64,000 nt of DNA from Xylographa opegraphella (lineage: Eukaryota). A program made the position numbers and the translations under genes. The DNA lies in contig JALDZX010000032.1 of assembly GCA_022813865.1 (NCBI GenBank), forward strand, positions 124,001 through 188,000. Reading direction: 5' to 3'. The notes under the pieces are model-generated. The model was not told where the DNA came from, made no database searches, and saw only the letters and a program-made list of their open reading frames with translations. Below are positions 38,594 through 50,980 of the stretch, in pieces (position 1 is the stretch's first letter; each line of letters starts with the position of its first letter).

Positions 38594-40556
38594 ATGCGAG
38601 AAGCGCGTTTAACTCAGTATCTCACTTATCTGACCCGCAGGGCTTGTACTTCGCAAGCTCTTTTTCTGCCATGCCTTCATAGGAGCATTGCTTTCAAGCA
38701 AGTTCGCCGCTATAATCATCGTAATGTTGCTTGTCCGTTCGGGCCATCAGTTCTGTTACCCAAACCAGGAGATCGATGTGCAAGCACTTTTAATGGGGAT
38801 GATGCTACTATCTTCGCTCTTTCCACTTCCCCTGGAAGAGCAGCGATTGCGATTGTTCGAGTTTCGGGGCCACAATCGTTGAAAGTAAGGACGGTAATTG
38901 TCATAAGCCATCAGATTTGACCTTCTACTAGGTGTATAATGCTCTCTGTCCTGGAAAGGCTCAGCCGAGAGCTCGAAATGCCTCCTTGAGGACGTTGTAT
39001 GAGCCATTTACGGATGTGGCCACTCGTCAGATCCTTGACTCCGGTAGTCTCGTTTTCTACTTTCCCGCGCCCAATACCGTTACTGGTGAGGATGTTCTGG
39101 AGTTTCACATCCATGGAGGTCCTGCTATTGTGAAAGCAGTACTAGCTGCTATTGCCAAAGTGGATGTCCTGTCACCTAGCGAGTCTGGACCTCTCAACAT
39201 TCGATATGCCGAGCCTGGTGAATTCACGCGCCGTGCATTTTACAACAATAGGCTTAACTTGACCCAGATAGAGGCTTTAGGAGACTCCTTGTCCGCTGAG
39301 ACGGAGCAGCAACGGCGCCTTGCTGTTAACGGAACCAATAACACGCTGACAGAAAGGTATGAGGCCTGGAGATCTGACTTATTATACGCTAGAGGGGAGC
39401 TAGAGGCTCTTATTGACTTTTCAGAGGACCAGCATTTTGAAGAATCACCCCGCCAGCTGATAGCTTCGGTCGAGAAACAAGTTAAGTCGTTGAATTCGAA
39501 GATTACCTCAAGTATCAAGAACGCCTTCAAAGGAGAACTGCTGCGTAATGGAATAAGAGTTGCTTTGCTCGGCGCACCGAATGCTGGGAAAAGTTCCTTG
39601 CTTAACAGGATTGTTGGGAGAGAAGCGGCCATCGTCAGCAATGAGGCGGGGACAACCCGCGATGTTATCGAAATCAGTGTTGATATTGGAGGGTATCTTT
39701 GCAAATTCGGTGATCTTGCCGGGCTGCGAAAAGGTGCTCATGGAAACTCTGATGAGCAAAGTGAAAGTGGTCTCAATATTGGAGCAGTGGAGTTGGAAGG
39801 CATTCGACGTGCCAGAATGTGGATAGTCGATGCTGACGTGGTCATTGTTGTTCTTCCTATTGAACCGCCTAATGATGAAAGCCGAATATTTAGAGTTTCT
39901 GTGGATCCAGAGATCTTCAGAACTTTGATACAGCTTGATGCTACAAGACAGAAACTACTTCTTGTTGTGAACAAGATAGATCTCGTTGGCCCCGAAGACA
40001 AAATCGATCTCTCAGGTATCCATCAACTCTTTCACACTTTACAGGAGCAGGGCTTTTCTGGCAGCAGTACCGGCCAGCCATCTCCGAACAGCTCCAGTAT
40101 GTCCTGTTGGAAAGACTTGTTCCGAGTATCTTGTAAAGAAAATCTTAGTGTTGGTTACGGCGATAGTATCGATCCAGATGGCATTCAGGACTTATTGGAC
40201 GGACTCAGCAAGACTTTCGCCACGATGACAACACCTGAAGGACTTCAAGATGGTCGATCTCATCAAGTGTCGCGAGAGGAGTCCTTAGGCGCAAGTGAAC
40301 GTCATCGCCTACTTCTTGTACGATGTCAGGAATACTTGAGCGCTTTCTGCGATCACGTCACTTGCAGTCACGACATAGACATCGTGTTGGCCGCAGAAGC
40401 TCTGCGAGGAGCGGCGGATTGTTTGGCTAAGATAAGTGGAACCGGTGAAACTGGCGATGTGGAAGAAGTTTTAGGCGTCGTCTTTGAAAAGTGAAGTTTT
40501 CCTGCATCGTCCTGGTGTCAAATACTAATTATCTCAGATTCTGTGTAGGCAAGTAG
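38594..40556 (+). CDS. MSS1: Mitochondrial tRNA-modification GTPase MnmE/TrmE (2 introns)
   Basis: TIFALST..GRAAIAIVRVSG, TGEDVLEFHIHGG, GAPNAGKSS, GTTRD, NKID, and terminal exon FCVGK*. Confidence 0.95.
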
Positions 40557-41211
40557 AGCAGACTGTACAATGCTTGCACAAGGTGCGCTCTTGATAGAGC
40601 GGTTTTGGATATGCCTCGTTTCTTCGAAGTCTGCGGTGACGATGGGCTTTGGATATACGCTAGAATGTATATCCTCAGGAGGCTGGACCCAAATCATAAT
40701 TCTCAATCGTCAGCATCTAACTACGCTTGTTATTTCTTAACTTTATGTACTAGTATGTGAAGCATTGCTTGCAATTGAGAGGACCGCATATACATCGGTA
40801 TTCTGGTTCTTCCGGAAACGGCTCCGTGAGCTTTCTTCATCTTAATACTTTTCATAACGAGGAATGACAAGGTTTCCATGAAGAGAGTGAAGTCTGTTCA
40901 CCGAAGAATGACCATCGTGAATGAAGGAGATATTGCCATCATGTGTGCTATTCTTCTGACTTTGAACTTTCCGTTCCGCTCGAGGAGCTTGGTGAATCGT
41001 AATTCTACTGGAAGAGAGAATGGTTGTCTATATTCCCCATAATGTACACTACGCTCTTCTCTTCTCTCGATCATACAAGCTACATCAGAGAGCTGTACCG
41101 CATTTCCTACAACCAAGAAAGTTCATTTCACAATTTAGAGACCGGCTGCTTCGCTTCCTTCCTTATCTTTCTGTCTCGCGGACAATTCTTGGTCTTTAAA
41201 TTCATACAACA

Positions 41212-41900
41212 ATGTCTGGCGCTGAACAGGCTCACGCCAAGCGCAAGCATGTGCCGAACGAGGACAATACAGTTACAGTGTACAACCAACAGGATGTTGC
41301 TGGAGATACATATACCTACGAGCTACCCATAATAACGCCGATTATCCCTCCTCCAGGCATGGACGTGTTCACAATTCAGGATAAATACGCAAAGTGTGAA
41401 GCATAGTTCAAGGAAACCACCTATTACAGTGATCTCCGGGCCTTCTTGACAAATTCTCTACTTCCAAATCAGTCTCGACCGATCAAACGCATAGTATGCT
41501 TAGGAGTTGGAACTTATTCTCATGACAACCCGGCAACCCTGAATTTATTCTGCCAGCTGGCTAACGTAAAGGTGTTCCTTGAACTGTCGAGTGAGTATAC
41601 CGACCTCCTGCATTTGTTCGAGGCTCGGCTCAAGGACCACGACAACAGTCGAGGATTTCAAGCGCCTCTACAGGAGGCAGGATATGCCGGACGTAATCGA
41701 CAACAATCATAACTACGTTGGGAGCACTATTTACTGGCTTCCGCGTAACGCATAGCTGCCAGGGACGCGATGTGGAGATGTTGTCGCTGGATGGAAAAGA
41801 GAGTCGCAGTGGCTTGGAATAGCTGTGCCGGATAACAACATTCTTGCAGGGCCAAGAGACAGTTGATCTTCCCCTTGGTTGTCTATTGTATGGGAGACGG
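41212..41900 (+). pseudogene. SRR1-like domain pseudogene (tentative)
   Basis: IKRIVCLGVGTY...LFCQLA resembles the SRR1 domain. An in-frame TAG at 41404-41406 lies between two same-frame ORFs, and the downstream part is disrupted. 3' boundary approximate. Confidence 0.45.
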
Positions 41901-42361
41901 TTTATATGTATGGAGAGTGTGCATTGGTGGGTTTGGCATGCTACATGATTTTTTTCTGTGTACTGTATGAATACTGGAGAATTGCGAACGGCCAATGATC
42001 CTAGGAAAGGATAAACAATTTAATGAGATGTGATATATGTATGGAAGCTTTTGTCCCGGTAACATCACTGTTAATTCGTGCCGACCAATAATGGTACCGT
42101 CTAAGGGATATCTTACCTTAGACTGAGCCGCTTGCGCTTCAAGGCTTCGAGGCTTAATCAGGCGAGACGAAGCGCGCCAGAGAGCTCGGTACTCATTTTA
42201 GACTAGCTCAATTCGCCCTTCCTACGTGAGCTCCGTAGCCTAGAAAGCGTGATCATCAATTCAAACCCGACTCTCCCAATAAAACTCCACAGTCTTCGTG
42301 CTACGACTGCTGGATCTACGTGCGCCTCTCCCCATACTACCATCTACACCCAGCCAACGCC

Positions 42362-43277
42362 ATGTTTCGGAACAACTACGACAACGACGCTGTGACATTG
42401 TAGGAGAACTCTAGCTAAGGACTCCGAGCACTACACACTGACATGCCATAGCTCACCTCAAGGACGTATATTCCAGGTCGAATACGCACAAGAAGCTGTA
42501 AAGCAAGGTTCGGTGGTCGTCGGACTGGTCAGCAAAACACATGCAGTTCTGGTAGCCCTAAAGGTACACCTTTGCCGCTATGACATATTCTTGGTGCATT
42601 GACTAATATGTATCCACTAGCGAAATGCCGAAGAACTATCTTCCTACCAGAAGAAAGTTATCGGCGTCGACGACCACCTTGGCGTTGCCATCGCTGGTCT
42701 AGCGTCCGATGCCCGCGTTCTCCTCAACTTCATGAAGCAGCAAGCTCTCGCCTCGAAGATGACATACGGCCGACCTATACCATTAGAACGTGTAGTAAAT
42801 CAGATAGGCGATCGCGCGCAAACGAACACCCAACAGTACGGCAAGAGACCCTATGGGGTCGGTCTACTGGTCGCTGGCGTGGATGAGACGGGCCCTCACC
42901 TCTTCGAGTTTGTGCCTTCGGGAATGACACAGGAGATGCTGGCATGCGCCATCGGTGGGAGGAGTCAGATGGCACGAACTTATCTGGAAAGACACCTGGA
43001 TGAATTCGAGAACGCGACGAGAGACGAGCTGATCAAGCATGGGCTCAGGGCGCTGAAGGAAAGCATGAGTCAGGACAAAGAGCTGACGGTGGAGAATACA
43101 AGCGTGGGCGTTATCGGGACTGTGGCGGAGGGGAAGAGGAAGGGCAAAGTAGAGAGTTTCAAGCTGTACGATGGCCCAGAGGTTGCACCGCTGCTGGAAG
43201 CAAGTGCAGAGAGCGCAGATTCGGGAGAGCCTGCAACGGCAGAGGCGGGTGGCGAATCGATGGATGTGGACTCATAG
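42362..43277 (+). CDS. PRE5: 20S proteasome alpha-6 subunit (2 introns)
   Basis: [57 protein letters not shown]. Confidence 0.97.
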
Positions 43278-43449
43278 AATGGAGGTTAATGGATGAACTA
43301 TTTGATCAGTTAAGCTGTTCTATGCTATCTCTGAAGTGTGATACTCGCAAGATCCTATCTAAGCCAGAACGCCATTAGGTTCGAAGATGATATGCTGCAG
43401 CCAAGCTCCGTCCGCAATGCTTGCAAAAGAGAGGTCCATCGTAAGCGCA

Positions 43450-44189
43450 TCAGTTCTGAGTCCAATTCAATTTGAGCCTCCCTTCCGACACCTTGTAATT
43501 CTTCAATGCCTCAACCACTTCTTCTGCAGTTTTGGCCTCCACCATGATATTCTTGTTCGCTTCCGTCACGAAGCCACCGTTGACCGCACTTCGTACCCAA
43601 GTCAGCAGCCCGTCCCAGAAGCCTTCCACATTGAATACGACGACCCCTCGGCCATGGATTCCCAGCTGGTTCCACGTCACGACCTCCATTAACTCCTCTA
43701 AGGTTCCGTATCCTCCCGATAGGGCCACAAAGCCACTGCCCGGTCCTCCCTCGGTCACGCACTTTGCCATCATCTGTTTTCGGCTGTGCATATCTTTGAC
43801 TACCGTCGTGCGTCCAAAGAGCGAGGCGTCGATATTGGCAGGTATTCCAGTCTCGCGACTCTGTTGCTCGAATGCAATGAGGGCTTCGGGGATAATGCCG
43901 TGGACGGAAGAGGGACCGGAGAGAGAGACTAGGGTTTTGGCGATTTCGCCCATTATACCGACCGTGCCGCCACCATAGCACAGACTGATTCCGTTGGCAT
44001 GGAATGCGTGAGCGAGGGCACGAGCAGCTGCCATGTGGGCAGGAGAAGTCCCGGCAGAAGAGCCACAACTGTATGATGTTAGCGATGGAAACAAACCCAT
44101 AAAGAGATCGGGGGAACGTACAAGACACAGATTACTGCTCCTTTCGAGGCCTCAGTTGTCATAGCTGAAGTGTTCGGAATGCTCGCCAT
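43450..44189 (-). CDS. LOG1: LOG-family phosphoribohydrolase (1 intron)
   Basis: ICVF|CGSSAG, YGGGTVGIMG, MHSRK, GGYGTLEE, WNQLGIH. Confidence 0.9.
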
Positions 44190-44625
44190 TGGTAAGCTTA
44201 GTGAACAGAGAATGTGAAAAGCGGTCTTTAAATAGAGAAGGAGTATTAAGTGACCGTTGTTGTCTTTAAATACAATGCAGAAAACGATGGAATGTTAGTG
44301 TGTCAACAATACCCGCGATACGTGTGTTAATAAGAAACAACGGACGAGATCCGAAAAGCAGTTGTTCAGTCATTCACTATATACCTATATATATACCTCT
44401 AGTGAGGTTCATTCACAATGCCTGGCTCACATCGGCGGCTGTTGTGTGGACCAATGGCCAAGCTACCGCGCAAACAAAGGGCCATAAGCGCGCGTAAGCC
44501 ACTTCCGCCATTGTTCTCAGGGTTCAACAGCATGCGCCACAATCGGCAGCGTCAAATAGCCGGCGTCCACCATTTGGTTATCTGATTGTTCCATCCAGCG
44601 TCGTTGACATTTCAACACAACCATA

Positions 44626-46774
44626 ATGGCTACTCCCAGACCCGCTGGCGCTCCTCAACCGCAGCAGAATAACTCAGGTGTAAGGACCGCTGACTTTGCA
44701 TTTTTCGTGGTTCCGGGTCAAGCTAATCTGCCACCAAGTCAACCATCAAGAGCATTCTCCAGTCGCTCGCCATCTTCGCTGTCGCTCAATTCGCAATAAC
44801 GAACGTAACGAAGCTTATAGGAAGCAGAAATCAGTCATCGGCTCCTGCAGGAATATCTCCGGACCTCTCCTTCAATGCGAAGCCTGATGGCGCAGCTGGT
44901 ACCGAGGAATATAATCCGGTTCCGCAGCAGGTCGCGCCAATATGGCCTGCCAACAGCTCGCTCGACATCAGTATCTATGTCTCACCCTCGTTGATTATGC
45001 CAGCCTTAAGTCGTGCGCCAACAGATTCCTTGATATTAGAGGAGAAGAACTTCACAATGGGTGATTGGAAAGAGAACCGGGAGATAGATACCGCTTTCCC
45101 TGTCCCCAAAGAAGTCCAGGAGCAAGGAACCTTATGGGCGCACTTCTATGTAGCTCTTCATGGGCACGCGCTGGATCCTACGGCCAAGGACTACAACGTG
45201 GCTACGGCGTACCATTTCTTCAGACCCCTCAATCAGATGCATGCTAAGAAAAAGGTGGCGAAGACCAAGAAGCTGCTAGGAAACTCTAATGTCACGGATG
45301 AAGAGATTGAGCCGCTTTCTTCGGGACCTGTGTTTGCATCCTATTACCACCCGAATTTTACGATGTCTTTCATCCCAGATTCCGGCTACCAAAGCTATGT
45401 ACAAATGCACCCTGCCGTACGCCAACATCTCACATTAGAAGCTACTGGAGCACGAGACGCCAGTGGTCAGATTGGATGGTATTACCCTATCCTGTATGTT
45501 AATACATTTTGGCAGCTACGAAGCCAGATGATAGAGTTGAATGATACTGTAATGACTCTACCGATTCATATCACCTTGAATAACCTCAATAATTGGAAGT
45601 TTTCTTTGTACGCTAGCATCGATGAGTCGGTCAAACAGAATCAAAAGAATGTTGCCAATGGAGGTACTATCGGCGCGGCAGGCGATGGAAGCGAGTTCGA
45701 GCAGATCAAGAGTGTGATTATGGATACTAATATCTATCTACTCGGAACGACAGCAGTGGTTACTGTGCTGCACATGTTGTTTGAAATGCTAGCCTTCAAG
45801 AGCGATATTGTGAGCAATGTCAAGTTCTCGAATGCAGACGGAAATGTTAACAAACGTAGTCTCATTGGCGAAACAAAAAGGACAACGTCGGCATTTCGGT
45901 GCGAACCATCCTCGCAAACGTAGCCATGCAGACGGTCATCTTCTTGTACCTCATGGACAACATGGACGGCACCTCCTGGATGATCCTCTTCGGCCAAGGC
46001 ATGGGCATCGTGCTCGAGTTCTGGAAGATCACCAAGACGGTCAACGTCCGCATCCGCGACGCCCCTCCCGGCTCCATGATCCCCTACCGCGTCACGTTCG
46101 AGGACAAGCACCAGCTCTCCGAGACGGAGAAGAAGACGCAGGAATACGACGAGATCGCGTTCCGCTACCTGTACCTCGTCGCCATCCCCTTGCTCGGCGC
46201 CTACGCCGTCTACAGCGTCCTCTACGACTCGCATAAGAGCTGGTACAGCTTCGTGATCACGACCCTCGTCGGCAGCGTCTACGCGTACGGCTTCCTGATG
46301 ATGGTGCCGAGTCTGTACATCAACTACCGTCTCAAGGTATGCTCCCCCCCTCCACCCCGACAGCACCACCACCACCAATATTCCGTTAACCATTCGCCCC
46401 CTGTTTCTCGCCCGCTACAGAGCGTCGCCCACATGCCCGCCAAAGCGATGACGTACAAGTTTCTCAACACCTTCATCGACGACCTCTTCGCCTTCACCAT
46501 CAAGATGCCCACCCTGCACCGCCTCGCCACCCTGCGCGACGACGTCATCTTCTTCGTCTACCTCTACCAGAGCTGGGCCTACAAGGTCGACTACACCCGC
46601 GTCAACGAGTTCGGCCAGGGCGGCGACGACGAGGCCCTCGAGGAGAAGGCCGCCGCTAAGCCGCTGGCCGCCCCGCCCGATGCGGATACTTCCGTCCGGG
46701 TGCCGGAAGTGGGCGCCGAGGGCGCGGCGAGGGTGACGGGCGTGGAGAAGGGGAGGGCCGCGAAGAGGAGGTAG
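44626..46774 (+). CDS. CLPTM1: CLPTM1-family multi-pass ER membrane protein (3 introns; the last, about 46337-46420, is in frame)
   Basis: YYPILYVNTFWQL, FEMLAFKSDI|SHW, PSLYINYRLK|SVAHMP and YKFLNTFIDDLFAF..MP.LHRLATLRDD. Confidence 0.93.
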
Positions 46775-47688
46775 ATGGATGGTTTTTTGGAGGTGCTGAT
46801 AATGGGATATACACCGTCGGATATGTACACTTACCGCGCACGCTTCCCGTCTTCGTCCAGGGCATATACTGCATACCTACCTTAGTAGCATCCGCCTCAC
46901 GCGCATTCACGCGCAGAGAATCCACCCGCTCTTTCTTATCTCTACCACCACCACCCCCGTTTCGTGCTGGAGTACTCCAGAGCCACGTAGCCCACAAGCC
47001 GCTCACCATCCCCTCTGAAAAGCGGAGCGGAGATCTGGCGCTTGGTCATGGATGTACTCTACGTGTTAATACATATCCTCCCTCCCCACCCATCTCATCC
47101 CAGCTCTTTAATCACCACACCACTTCCCTACGGGTCTACCTACCCACGAGCTACGGCGCGTGATAATATCCAACGAACACAGCACAGCGTGGTAGAAGGA
47201 GTACGCTACGCAAAAGCATTGCGCTTAGGGTATACCTCAAAGTAGCGTACTCTGGATGCAATCCCTCCTACCAATCGCTCAGAAACCTCGCCCCGGGGAT
47301 ATTCTACAGGTACGGGAGGGTGCGGTGTGTAAAGTATTGGGTGGCATATCACATCACGAGCGATGCTGCCGATTGCAAGAATCACGACGAGAGCGAAACG
47401 CTGGACTTTGCTTTGCGGGTTCTTCGGAAAGAGACTGGAATACGGTATAGGCACGTCAGGTAAGGTGCCGTAGAGGTGGCTAGGCGCCGCGGTTCCGAAG
47501 CACTGTCTAAAACGCCCCATCCCTCCCACCGCTCCGCTTATACTATATCCCCCTGGATGATACGTGCGTGCTGTACAAAGGTACGTGATAATGATATATC
47601 CCCTCCCCTCCCCCTTTCCACGCCGCTTTTTGCTAAAAGATCTCCCGGCTCCACGCCGCCGCCCCCCCCCACACCGTCATGCGGGGGT

Positions 47689-48355
47689 CTAGAATTCCTG
47701 CTCCTCCTGGAAGAACATGGTGAAGCTGATGATGGTGCCGTAGATCAGCAGCCCGCCGACGATGGACATGGCCATTGCGGGGTACTGGATCAGTGCGCAG
47801 TGCGCGAGTAAGGCGGGGAGGGCTGCGGGTGGGGGGATCACAGATGTCAGCCAGCAGTCCTTTTGGGGGTGGTGCCAATACGCTTTTCCTCAATCCGGCT
47901 TTTCCATCTGCTCTGGGCCCACGGCCGCACTCTCCCTGTCCTCTCCACCCCGCCTCCCCCTTTTTCCCCGCTATGCCAGCACCCACGAACAAACAGGAAA
48001 GCACAACACGCAAGAGAACATACCAATCCCCATAACAACCAAGAACCCCGTCACGAAGCGTCCAAAATCCACTATCGCACTGCCCGCGTTCTCCATGAAA
48101 TCGTCCGGGTTCGCGCACCGGCCGCAGACCCAATTCGGCAGCGGCGCCACCACGTACGTGGCGACGACGAGCAGGGGGAGGTAGTTGTGCCACAGCGCGG
48201 ACGAGAGAATGACGAGGAGGAAGCCGATGGCGAGGACCTGTGTGAGGGGGAGGAGGGTTAGTTTGGTTTGGTTTGGTTTACTGGGGGAGGGGATGGCGGG
48301 GCGGAAAGGGACGCACAAAGGAGAGGGCGATGATGGTTTTGAGGCCGGCGGCCAT
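47689..48355 (-). CDS. VPS55: Vacuolar protein sorting 55 (2 introns)
   Basis: MAAGLKTIIALSF|VLAIGFLLVILSSAL..APLPN..DFGRFVTGFLVVMGI|ALP..FFQEEQEF*. Confidence 0.95.
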
Positions 48356-49041
48356 GGTTTGGTTTGCTTGATGGAGAGTGAGTTGGGGGCGGGTTGGGGG
48401 TTGCTGTGCGTTAGGCCGCGGGGGGGGCAATGCGCTGAGGAGGGGGACGGTGGGGTGGTGCGGGAGGAGATGGTGTTGAAGTGCTTGAGTAGAAAAGCTT
48501 CGAAGTCTGGGTTGATAGAGAACGAGAAGATACTGTGATGGGCGCTGGACGAGATGAGGCTGCTGGTTGGCGTTGCGGCGCTTGACGTGGTTCGGAAACG
48601 ACGTCGTAGGGCTGAGCGGTGCGTGAGCTCTAAGACCAGAACAGCCTAGTCTCTGTATATGTAAGTGTGGTGGGCGTCTACTTGTTGATCACCAACAATT
48701 GTACTATGCAAAATGTACAAACTCTTTATTTGAGTGTACGTTGAGGTATGTTTCCGTGAGGGTGACCTCAAGACCTTATAGAATCTATGCTGCTTGGGCC
48801 GCCCAGTCGCCACTATATGAACAGAATGAAAAAACTTACCACTATACATTGCTTGGTGCCCCGTGCTATCATACATGCCGTCTGAAAAACCATATCTTGC
48901 TTTGTACAAGGAGAATATATACAGAGAGAAACCCTACCGTTCCTGTTATAACCGGCACCTGTCGGAGCCGAGGTCTGAAATCCTGTGCGTCGCAGCGAAT
49001 CGTGAAGCCCGTCCCGTACATACAAATACAAAAGTCCACGG

Positions 49042-50980
49042 TCATGACCAATGCGTAGGCGTCATCACCTGGCGCGGTGATATCAACGGTTCGCCTGCAG
49101 GCGGCTCTTCGTACAAACTAGAAGGGGCTCTGCTCCCCGAGACTGGCGGGATTGGTGGAAGAGACTTCATCATCCTCCGTTGCCGCTTCTCCTTGTCTTG
49201 GCTGCCGAATCTGGAGAATCTGCGTATCGGCTCTGCCGCTGTGGCTGCCGGCGTAGGATCCCGTGGCTGCAGATACATCCTAGGGATAATCAAGCTCTCC
49301 TCGCTTGGCTGCCGTCGTGAGAGAGGACTTTTGCGTTTGCCCTTCAAGTCCCGTGTCGATGCTTGCGGATGTAGGTGCATTGGATTGCTCGATTCGATCC
49401 TCACGTCCGTTGCGTTACTGATCCGTAGTCCGATTTGGACCGTCTCGGAACTCTCTCCCGAGATATCTCGGCGGTGCCGTGGTGTAAACAAAGGCGCGGG
49501 CAACTCCACCACCCCATCATCACTAAGTGCGCTTACGGTGGCCCAGGAATGACGCCGGGGCGAGGCACGCGTTGGAAAGACAGAGTAGTGAGACTTCGGC
49601 TCGGTGGCCTGCGATGCTTGCGGTGTAGGCGGAGCAGGACGTGGTGTTTGAGGAGCAAGGGTATTAGGATCCGCGAGCTGAGTGCTCGGACTCTCGATGA
49701 ATGTGCTGAACCGCGGAAGCTCCGGTATGCCATTAAAACCAGGCTTCCAGACGGTGTTAATATCCTGAGTTTGGACATCAGATTCTCCGGGTCGCCGGAA
49801 CGCATGACCATCATCAGGTCCACATAACAAAGGTGTCGAAATCATCGCTGCCAGGTTGAGATCGTTTGGTCCGAACAGTCGTAGCGCCCGATTTCCAGAC
49901 CAGCGAGCATTTGCGGACCGAATGGCGATGCGCTCTGAATTCGTCCGCAAAAAAAGATGGAAGAGTGCATTGAAACTGCCGGACAGGTTGAGTACGACAT
50001 CTGACATGTGTGAAGTATTGTGAGAATCCTGGTGGGAGACTGTTTGAATGTAGTATGGTAACAGAAAAACCTGATAGCTGGCGTCAATGAACTGCTTGTG
50101 AACGTCGTTTTCGCACCAACTCACAAGAATAAAGACACTCATGCCTTGCGTATATACGATTCGGGTTGCCGCGATCCGCTCTGCTCGATCTATCTCAGCA
50201 GTTCTCAACAACTGATATGTAATCAGTGCAGCAACGAGCAAACTCAATATGATCACGATAGAACCAAGTGCGGTGGCGATCGCAGCGTAGTGCGACGTCC
50301 ACACCACCAAGGAACCAGTGCATACGTCTTTCGTGGGTAGTAAGAACGATAGAAGCCATAGCACTGCTGTCAGAAAAATAATAGTCGCAAGGCATATGGG
50401 TGTGGACCAATAACCACGAGCACGAAAGCGGGTTTGGGTCAATGACCGGAATGAGGTTTCGAGGCCAAAGACGAGTACTGTCAAGGAGAACAGCCACACA
50501 GCTACAACAGACGTCAATATCTAACAACTAAACCCAGGAGCCATATGCATACCTGGCCATACTACCTCAGCAGTCCTTGTGCATCCAGTCACAGTGTAGC
50601 TCTGCAAAGCACTACCTTGTGCACCAACAAAGATTCCGCTTTGAATCAATGCGGCAACTGCTGCAACGAACGGGAACACTTCGGCAGAGTGAATGAATCT
50701 GAACGATCTCACAGATCTGCCAATGATGTCAAAGATATATCGGATTGACATTGGAAAGACAGGCAGCATACCTGCTGCGGAAATTAACATGCTCGTCCTT
50801 GGTGATATGGGTATCCCAAAGGATGCTGCCCATCATCAGCACGGCCGCGACAATGTTGAAGGACCCAACGATGATTGTTGCCACCCGATGCTGTTGGGCG
50901 TTCTCGAGGACAAGTTCGTTGATGAGATTCTGGGTGGAATTTGTTGGAGCCACCGAGCCTGCTGTGAACGTCGCTGCCAT
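49042..50980 (-). CDS. Uncharacterised multi-pass (about 7 TM) membrane protein with a long Pro/Ser-rich cytoplasmic tail; several introns; start uncertain
   Basis: Successive hydrophobic helices in ORFs 50729-50980, 50521-50790 and 49042-50517, separated by GT..AG gaps. Confidence 0.7.

Noticed and set aside
43700..43730. LOG motif reads SGGYGTLEE instead of PGGxGTxEE
   Set aside because: The Arg and Glu catalytic motifs are retained; to my knowledge this variant is common in filamentous fungi.
47440..47470. CTTACCTG on the minus strand resembling the U1 snRNA 5' end
   Set aside because: No U1-70K loop, U1A loop or Sm site downstream.
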